Positions 56,179 to 64,000 of a stretch of 64,000 nt of DNA are shown here, in pieces (position 1 is the first letter of the stretch; each line of letters starts with the position of its first letter). The notes below the pieces were generated by a model. It was not told where the DNA came from, searched no databases, and worked only from the letters and a program-made list of their open reading frames with translations. The stretch comes from Myxococcota bacterium (GTDB taxonomy: Bacteria > Myxococcota_A > UBA9160 > UBA6930), in assembly GCA_965223415.1 (NCBI GenBank), contig OZ245002.1, forward strand, positions 4,544,001 to 4,608,000, read 5' to 3'. The translations under genes and the position numbers were made by a program.

Positions 56179-58188
56179 TCAGTCGTTTCCCTTGAGCTTG
56201 CGGATCTCTTCCTGGATCAGGGTCTCCGCCATCTTGGGGATCACCTCCCAGGCCACGCGCTCGATGCGCTCGACCGCCTCCTTGATGAGCCGCTCGGACA
56301 GGTCGCCGAAGGCGTCCCAGGCCATCTTCTCGACGGCATCGTGGACCTGCCGCTCGAGCTCCGGGGACAGGACCGGCGGGGCCGCATCCGAGGGCGCCTC
56401 CACGGGCGCCGTCTGGGTGACCGCGTGGGTCTCCGGATCCGCGGGCCAATCCGGCTCGGTCGGCAGCGCCAGCGGCGCTTCGGACGCCCCGGCCCGGCTC
56501 AGGTCCGAGGAGGACACGTCGTAGTCACGGGCCGATTCCGGGTCGAGGGTCGCGTGGGCCGGAGCCGCGTCGAAGCCGCCGGGTCCCTCGAAGGGGTCCG
56601 GCTCGCCGGCGTCCGCAGCAGCCAGCGGCTCCGGGGATGCCTCGGGCGCGCTCGGAGCGCCGAACTCGAAGACCGTGGGCGCGTCCGGGAGCGGGGGCTC
56701 CATGGTGGGTGCGGCCGCCGCGGCCGGCTCGTCGAGCAGGGTGGTCGCCCCGTTCGGATCGGAGAGGCCGAAGGGCTCGGCCGCTTCGGCGACCTGCCCG
56801 ACCGGCGTTTCCGGCACCACGTCGTCCAGCAGGAGCGTGCCCTCGCCCGGGGCGGGCACGGGCTCCGCCAGCGAAGCGTCGACCGCCAGCTCGCCGTGCT
56901 GCACCCCGTCGTCTTCGGCTAGGAGGTCCGGGGCTTCCCCGATCTCCAGGTTCGAGCTCCTGTCGGGCTGGCCCGCCTCGGCGAAGTCCCGTCCGCCGGC
57001 CTCGACGAAGTCCGGCTCGCCGAACGGGTCGGAGGCCAGCACATCGGCCTCGGCGACCGGGGCGCCCGCCGGCGCGACGAGATCGGCTCCGGTCTCGCCG
57101 TCGCCCGAGAGCAGGTCGACGCCGGCTTCGTCGCTGCGGTCGAGCAGGTCGATGCCCGCCTCGCCTCCGCCGGCTGCGCCGAGCAGGTCGACGCCGGCGG
57201 ACGCTCCGGGCTGGGGCGGGAGGAACTCCGCCTCGCCCGCGGGCGCCGTCAGCAGGTCGTCGGTCGGCGCCAGCAGGTCCGACTCGGCCAGCGGGTCGCC
57301 CGCCGGGCTCATCGGCTCCGACTCCGCCGAGGCGTCGCCGGCCGGGGCCAGCAGGTCCGATTCGGCCAACGGGTCGCCCGCCGGATCCATGATGTCCGAT
57401 CCGGCGATCGGGTCTCCCGCCGGGTTCATCCGGTCCGATCTAACGATCGGGTCTCCCGCCGGGTTCATCCGGTCCGATCTAACGATCGGGTCTCCCGCCG
57501 GATCCATCCGGTCCGATCCGGTGATCGGGTCTCCCGCCGGCGCGAGGAGGTCGGACTCCGCGAGCGGATCGCCGGCCGGGGCGGCCGGTGCCAGGGGCTC
57601 GCCGCCCACGAGCACCGTCGTCGGCGGGCTCTCGACGGGCTCGGCCGTCGCCGGCTCCGGGCTGGCCGGGACGGGGCGCGGCGCCTCGTTCACGCCGCTC
57701 GGAGCGGTCACCTCGTCCTCGAAGAGGTCGTAGGCCTCGCCGCCGTCGCCGGCGGGGACCATGCCGGTCAGTCCGAGGGGATCCGGCTCGTCGGCGACGG
57801 GCGAGACGCCGGCCGTCGCCCGGGAGGCGAGGAGCCCGTTCACCTGGTCGACGAGCGCCTGCGCCTCGAAGGGCTTGGTGATGTGACCGTCGGCGCCCAC
57901 CTCGTTGGCCTGGGCCTCATCGAAGGTCTCGAAGGTGCCGGTCAGCAGGAGCACCGGCGTGTCCGCCAGCTCGGAATCGGCCTTGATCGCGTGACACACC
58001 TCGTATCCGGAGAGCCCCGGCATCACGACGTCCGCCAGCACGAGGTCCGGTCGGATCTCCCGCGCCCGGGTCAGGGCATCGTCGCCGTTGTCCACGGTCA
58101 CGATCTGCACGTCTTCGTTGGCGAAGCTGATGCCGACGACCTTCTGGATCGTGACACTGTCGTCCGCGAGAAGCAGGGTCTTGGGCAT
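56179..58188 (-). CDS. romR: RomR-like response regulator (receiver, long acidic Pro/Ala linker, conserved C-terminal helix)
   Basis: LLADDS.TIQKVV...F, LADVVMP, KPFE; C-terminus IERVAWEVIPKMAETLIQEEI resembles myxobacterial RomR. Confidence 0.8.
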   Translation of the reverse strand: MPKTLLLADDSVTIQKVVGISFANEDVQIVTVDNGDDALTRAREIRPDLVLADVVMPGLSGYEVCHAIKADSELADTPVLLLTGTFETFDEAQANEVGADGHITKPFEAQALVDQVNGLLASRATAGVSPVADEPDPLGLTGMVPAGDGGEAYDLFEDEVTAPSGVNEAPRPVPASPEPATAEPVESPPTTVLVGGEPLAPAAPAGDPLAESDLLAPAGDPITGSDRMDPAGDPIVRSDRMNPAGDPIVRSDRMNPAGDPIAGSDIMDPAGDPLAESDLLAPAGDASAESEPMSPAGDPLAESDLLAPTDDLLTAPAGEAEFLPPQPGASAGVDLLGAAGGGEAGIDLLDRSDEAGVDLLSGDGETGADLVAPAGAPVAEADVLASDPFGEPDFVEAGGRDFAEAGQPDRSSNLEIGEAPDLLAEDDGVQHGELAVDASLAEPVPAPGEGTLLLDDVVPETPVGQVAEAAEPFGLSDPNGATTLLDEPAAAAAPTMEPPLPDAPTVFEFGAPSAPEASPEPLAAADAGEPDPFEGPGGFDAAPAHATLDPESARDYDVSSSDLSRAGASEAPLALPTEPDWPADPETHAVTQTAPVEAPSDAAPPVLSPELERQVHDAVEKMAWDAFGDLSERLIKEAVERIERVAWEVIPKMAETLIQEEIRKLKGND
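57268..57579 (-). repeat. in-frame 39-bp (13-aa) tandem repeat, 8 copies, inside romR
   Basis: PAGDPLAESDLLA / PAGDPITGSDRMD / PAGDPIVRSDRMN x2 / PAGDPIAGSDIMD / PAGDPLAESDLLA / PAGDASAESEPMS / PAGDPLAESDLLA. Confidence 0.93.
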
Positions 58189-58459
58189 GTTCCCCCCTGG
58201 ACTGCCAGCGCCCGAAGACCAGGGCGCAAATGCGCCGCCGGGCCGAAGCGGTCCCTACGCCGGGTCTATCGTCGGTCACGGGCGGGGGATTGACCCCTTT
58301 TCGCGCGCGTCGACGGTGAACCGCCCCCAGCCTAGACGGCCCCGGGGTAGGGCGCACCCGCCCACCGGGCTCGTCGAGCCCACCGGTCAAGAAAGCCCCT
58401 GGCGCACCCGATACGCTCCGAACGGAGCCTCGCGCTCGCGAGGGCTCCGGGGAGCGCCC

Positions 58460-59188
58460 ATGATCCTGAAAGCGGCAGCGGCCAGCGATGTCGGCCTGCG
58501 GCGCAAGCACAACGAGGACCGCTACGCCCTGGCGCCCGAGCTGGGCCTCTACGTCGTTGCCGACGGCATGGGCGGGCACACCGCCGGTCAGGTCGCCGCC
58601 GAGCTGGCCGCCGAGGCTTCGCTGCGGGCGATCCAGACCCTGGAAGGCGCCGCCGCCACCCTGACCGAGAAGCTCCGCTACGCGGTCGCCTCCGCGAACC
58701 GCTCGATCTTCCAGACTGCCCAGCAGCGGCCCGAGTACGCGGGCATGGGCACCACCCTCGTGGTGATGCTCGCCGAGGGCGAGCGAGCGGCGCTGGCTCA
58801 CGTGGGCGACAGCCGCGCCTACCGCGTGCGAGCCGGCAAGATCCGCCAGCTCACCGACGACCACTCGATCGTCGGTGAGCTCCTGCGCCGCAACGAGATC
58901 AGCGAGGACGATGCCCGCGAGCATCCCCACCGCCACGTGCTGACCCGGGCGCTGGGGGTGCGCGAGAGCGCGGAGCCGGACCTGGCCGAGATCTCGCCGG
59001 CCATCGGCGATGTGTTCGTGCTGTGCTCGGACGGGCTCACGAACCACCTCGAGGACCACGAGATCGCGAAGCTCGTCACCGACCTCGAGGACCTCCAGGA
59101 GCTCTGCGACGCCCTCGTCGACCTGGCCAACGCGCGCGGCGGCGAGGACAACACGACGGTCGTCGCCGCGAGGTGCTGCGGCGACTGA
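58460..59188 (+). CDS. PP2C-type Ser/Thr phosphatase (Stp1-like)
   Basis: SDVG.RR..NED, VADGMGG, GMGTT, HVGDSR.Y, LT.DHS, LCSDGL, GG.DN.T. Confidence 0.95.
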   Translation: MILKAAAASDVGLRRKHNEDRYALAPELGLYVVADGMGGHTAGQVAAELAAEASLRAIQTLEGAAATLTEKLRYAVASANRSIFQTAQQRPEYAGMGTTLVVMLAEGERAALAHVGDSRAYRVRAGKIRQLTDDHSIVGELLRRNEISEDDAREHPHRHVLTRALGVRESAEPDLAEISPAIGDVFVLCSDGLTNHLEDHEIAKLVTDLEDLQELCDALVDLANARGGEDNTTVVAARCCGD

Positions 59189-59190
59189 GG

Positions 59191-59428
59191 GGCCGCTTCG
59201 CTCCTTCCTCGCGCAGCGAGTCGCCGGGGGTGGGCACAGGTCGGGCTCCATGGCTCGGCCGGGGCGTGGGGGGCCGCGTACGGGCCCGCATGGCGGGTCG
59301 CCGCTTCCGGCCTTCGGCCGGCGGCGAACACCCTGTCCACGCCGGTCCGCGGAGGCGGTGCCCCGGCCGAGCCATGGAGCGCTGGCCGCCCCCCGCCCCG
59401 CGATCACGCGTGGAGGAGCGAAGCGGCC
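59191..59428. repeat. structured intergenic repeat element, short copy
   Basis: Perfect 15-bp terminal IR GGCCGCTTCGCTCCT/AGGAGCGAAGCGGCC and perfect 21-bp internal IR (59246-59266/59360-59380). Confidence 0.87.
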
Positions 59429-59454
59429 AGGTCTCTGGCGGAAGGAAGGGGGGG

Positions 59455-60222
59455 CTACTCGCGGTCGAGGGTGTTCTTCAGCTTGCTGCGGAGGCGGAGG
59501 ACCGACTTGGTGTGGATCTGGCACACCCGGGATTCGGTGATCCCGAGGATGTTGCCGATCTCCTTCATGTTCAGGTCCTCGTAGTAGTAGAGCGAGATGA
59601 CGAGGCGCTCCTTCTCGGGGAGGACCGCGATGGTGTCCGCGATCAGGCCCTTCATCTCGTGGAGCTTGAAGGTCGCGAACGGGTTCTCGGCGTTCACGTC
59701 CTCGACGATGTCGGAGAAGCTGCCCGAGCGGTCGCCGTCCTGGCCGCCGCCGCGGATCTCCTCGAGGTTGACGAGCGAGATGCCCCGCACCTGGTTCATC
59801 AGCTCGTGGAACTTCTCGATCTGCAGCCCGAGGGAGTCGGCGACCTCCTCCTCGTTGGCCTGGCGGCCGAGGCGCTGCTCGACCTCGCCGTAGGCCCGCT
59901 CGAGCTTGCGGCTCTTCTGGCGGACGCTTCGCGGCACCCAGTCGAGGGAGCGCAGCTGGTCGAGGATCGCGCCCTTGATCCGGAACTCGGCGTAGGTCTT
60001 GAACTTGCAGTTCTTGGCCGGGTCGTACTTCTCGATCGCGTCCATCAGCCCGATGACGCCCGTGTTGTGCAGGTCGTCCAGGTCGATGTGCGAGGGAAGG
60101 CGCACGGCGATGCGGTTTACGATGTAACGGATGAGCGGCGTGTGCTCGAGGACGATGGCTTCCTTCAGGTCGCCCGGGATGTCCCCATGTTTCTCTCTCG
60201 CGTCGCGCAGCTGCGCCTCCAT
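59455..60222 (-). CDS. fliA: FliA/WhiG-family sigma-28 factor
   Basis: LP.HIDLDDL..GVIGLMDAIEKYDP, F.TYAEFRIKGAILDQLRSLDWVPRSVR, LYYYE.L.MKEIG..LGITESRVCQIH; GGAGGA RBS. Confidence 0.92.
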   Translation of the reverse strand: MEAQLRDAREKHGDIPGDLKEAIVLEHTPLIRYIVNRIAVRLPSHIDLDDLHNTGVIGLMDAIEKYDPAKNCKFKTYAEFRIKGAILDQLRSLDWVPRSVRQKSRKLERAYGEVEQRLGRQANEEEVADSLGLQIEKFHELMNQVRGISLVNLEEIRGGGQDGDRSGSFSDIVEDVNAENPFATFKLHEMKGLIADTIAVLPEKERLVISLYYYEDLNMKEIGNILGITESRVCQIHTKSVLRLRSKLKNTLDRE

Positions 60223-60320
60223 CCGTTCCTCCACCTGTTGCGCGGGAATTCGCGTCATGGGCCTCGGGCTCCTGCAGGCGACCCCTCCTGCCGACCCGTT
60301 GCACGTCGGGTGCGGGTCAA

Positions 60321-60337
60321 AGCAGGCGCCGTGCCAA
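60321..60337 (-). promoter_or_regulatory. sigma54 (-24/-12) promoter upstream of fliA
   Basis: Minus strand TTGGCACGGCGCCTGCT, exact GG-N10-GC spacing, about 100 nt before fliA ATG. Confidence 0.75.
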
Positions 60338-60603
60338 GGTCCCGGTTCTCGGATCCGGGATGCGGCCGGCGCTTCCCAGGGATCGGCGGGTGGCGCGCCA
60401 ACCCCGCGACCTCCCAGGCGTTTCGGGGAAAGGGCGGGGCGGCTCCCCGGCGAACACGGGAGGATTCGGGCGGGCGCCTCCCGCGGCGGCACCCCGGCAG
60501 GGGGCGCGCGGAACCGTCAAGGGACCAACAGGCGTCCGGGGCAGCAGTTACGAAACTGACACCCGGCCAGGACGGCTGGGGCCGCGGGTGCCGCGCCGCC
60601 TCC

Positions 60604-62025
60604 CTACGTTTCGGGCGTCAGGCCCTTCTTCTTGATCTTCTCGATCAGGGTGGTGCGGTTCAGGCCGAGGAGCTGGGCGGCCTGGTTTTTGTTCCAGTGG
60701 GTCTGCTCGAGGGCCTGGAGGATGAGGTCGGCTTCGAAGCGATCCACGACCTCGTTGAAGGAGAGGCCGGCCTCGCTCACCCGGGGCTGGCCGTCCGGGC
60801 TCCGGGGCAGGCGCCGCAGCTCCTCCGGCAGGTGCTCGACGCCGATCTCGCCTTCTCCCCGCATCACCACGAGCCGCTCGATCAGGTTCTCGAGCTCGCG
60901 CACGTTGCCCGGCCAGGCATGGCGGGCCAGGCTCTCGAGCGCCTCCTCCGAGAGCCGGCAGGGCGAGGCGCCCAGGTTCGCCGCGCAGCGCTCCAGGAAG
61001 TGGTGGGCCAGGAGCGGAACGTCTTCCCGGCGCTCGCGGAGCGGGGGCACCTGGATGGGAATCACGTTCAGGCGGTAGAAGAGGTCCTCGCGGAAGCGCT
61101 TCTCCTCGATCGCCTTGCGGAGATCCTGGTTGGTGGCGGCAATCACCCGCACGTCGACGCGCTCGGTGCGGGAGGAGCCGACCGGCTCGAAGGTCTTGTC
61201 CTGGAGCACCCGGAGCAGCTTTACCTGGAGGTTCGGGCTCATGTCGCCGATCTCGTCCAGGAAGATCGTGCCGCTCTCGGCGGCGGCGAAGCGGCCCTCG
61301 CGCTGGGAGACCGCGTTGGTGAACGCTCCGCGCACGTGGCCGAAGAGCTCGCTCTCGAGCAGCTCCTCCGGGATCGCCCCGCAGTTGACGGTCACGAGGG
61401 GCCGATCGGCCCGGGGGCTGTTGTAGTGGATGGCCCGGGCGACCACTTCCTTGCCGGTGCCGCTCTCCCCTGTGACCAGCACGGTGCTCTCGGTCTCGGT
61501 GACCCGGCGCACCATGGCCAGGACCTCTCGCAGCCCGCTGCTGGCTCCGACGATGTTGTCGAAGCGGTAGCGGTCGTGGAGCTGGTGCTGGAGGCGGCGG
61601 TTCTCGGCCTTGAGCCGCCCGTGCTCGATGGCCTGGCCCACGAGTCGGCGCAGCACGTCCTGCTGGGGCCCGTCCATGGCCTTCTCGAGGTACCAGTAGG
61701 CTCCCGCCCGAAGAGCCTCGACGCTGGCCTCGGCGCCGCCGTAGCCGGTGACCACGATGCAGGGCAGCTCCGGGTGCAAGTCACCGATCTGGCGGACCAG
61801 CTCCAGGCCGCTGATGCCCGGCATCTTGACGTCGCACATCACCAGATCCAGGGGTCCGCTGGTGACGGCTGCCATCGCCTCACTGGCGTCCTTGGCGGAC
61901 GACACCTGGTAGCCGGCACGGGTCAGCACCCGTTCGACCGCCCGGCGGTAGAGCTCGTGGTCGTCGACGACCAGGACGTGGGGCTTGCCCAGAACGGGAC
62001 CTCTTCCGGGGGGAAGCCGACGCAA
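60604..62025 (-). CDS. NtrC-type sigma54-dependent response regulator
   Basis: VVDD, DVKMPG, GESGTGKE, ESELFGH, GAFTNA, FLDEIG, WPGNVREL, Fis HTH. Start uncertain (TTG 62025 or CTG 61992). Confidence 0.92.
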   Translation of the reverse strand: MRRLPPGRGPVLGKPHVLVVDDHELYRRAVERVLTRAGYQVSSAKDASEAMAAVTSGPLDLVMCDVKMPGISGLELVRQIGDLHPELPCIVVTGYGGAEASVEALRAGAYWYLEKAMDGPQQDVLRRLVGQAIEHGRLKAENRRLQHQLHDRYRFDNIVGASSGLREVLAMVRRVTETESTVLVTGESGTGKEVVARAIHYNSPRADRPLVTVNCGAIPEELLESELFGHVRGAFTNAVSQREGRFAAAESGTIFLDEIGDMSPNLQVKLLRVLQDKTFEPVGSSRTERVDVRVIAATNQDLRKAIEEKRFREDLFYRLNVIPIQVPPLRERREDVPLLAHHFLERCAANLGASPCRLSEEALESLARHAWPGNVRELENLIERLVVMRGEGEIGVEHLPEELRRLPRSPDGQPRVSEAGLSFNEVVDRFEADLILQALEQTHWNKNQAAQLLGLNRTTLIEKIKKKGLTPET

Positions 62026-62160
62026 GGTAGGAACCGGGGCAGGCCCGTTCAAGTCGGTGGCCCGATTCGGCCGCCCGCAGGTGGCCGTCGCGCGGGACCC
62101 GCCGCGGGTGGCTGCCGCGCGCGATTCAACCCGCCGCGGGTGGCCGCCGATGAACCTGCC

Positions 62161-63614
<1,454 letters not shown>

Positions 63615-63615
<1 letters not shown>

Positions 63616-64000
63616 TGTCCTGTTTCGGAAAAAAATACGCAAAATAGTGCGAACTCCCAACGTGCAGGGGGCATCTTACCGGCATCACGTTGGGGGGACG
63701 TATGGCGAATCGTGGCCGGCCCAAGACGCCGATTGTGCTGACGGATGCGGAGCGAGAAGAGCTCCAGACGCACGCCAGAAGGCGGAAGAGCGCGCATCAG
63801 TTGGCCTACCGCTCGCGCATTGTATTGCTCGCAGAGCAGGGGCTGACGAATGGGGAAATCGCGGAACGCGTAGGCAAGCGACGAGAGACCGTCGGGATCT
63901 GGCGCAAGCGCTTCGTCGAAAAGCGGATCGCTGGGCTCTACGACGAGCCCAAGCCGGGAGCGCCCCGGACGGTGACCGACGAGCAGGTCGATGAGGTCGT
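63615..64000 (+). mobile_element. IS630-family insertion sequence, left end (truncated by window)
   Basis: CTAG site then GTGTCCTGTTTCGG, abrupt drop in GC, transposase ORF from 63702. Confidence 0.8.
63702..64000 (+). CDS. IS630-family transposase, N-terminal HTH part
   Basis: Manual translation MANRGRPKTPIVLTDAEREELQ...RSRIVLLAEQG.TN.EIA...TVGIWRKRF...GLYDEPKPGAPR. Not in ORF track. Confidence 0.88.
   Translation, partial: MANRGRPKTPIVLTDAEREELQTHARRRKSAHQLAYRSRIVLLAEQGLTNGEIAERVGKRRETVGIWRKRFVEKRIAGLYDEPKPGAPRTVTDEQVDEV

Noticed and set aside
57268..57579. Possible CRISPR array or non-coding repeat
   Set aside because: In-frame 39-bp coding repeat within romR, no spacers.

Overview
Very GC-rich bacterial chromosomal segment. 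RomR-like, MglA-like, PilZ and several sigma54 activator genes suggest a Myxococcota/deltaproteobacterial origin (inference). Left to right: pgk (partial) and gap; a penicillin-acylase homolog coupled to a DinB-like polymerase lacking its catalytic residues; PilZ; a GpgS-like glycosyltransferase and kdsA; a surface-polysaccharide locus (wcaJ-like, GT4s, wzm/wzt, two GT-C-like membrane proteins, asnB, epimerase, UbiA/DPPR-synthase-like) interrupted by acyl-CoA dehydrogenases; lon; tRNA-Leu(CAG); ABC-F; a YprA/MrfA helicase fused to a DEDD exonuclease; a same-strand run of Rrf2, unknown His-rich protein, BNR beta-propeller, MoaD/ThiS ubiquitin-like protein, unknown protein, JAB peptidase, TolB-like lipoprotein, sat and ald; GAF/degenerate GGDEF, degenerate MglA, EF-G2, coaX, birA, nadC and romR; PP2C; an orphan fliA with a sigma54 promoter; two divergent NtrC-type activators; and the left end of an IS630 element. 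Best leads are the Ubl/beta-propeller/JAB/sat locus, the dead DinB with its degenerate Ntn-hydrolase partner, and a twice-occurring structured intergenic repeat with compensatory changes. All calls come from motif recognition by eye; no database searches were run.
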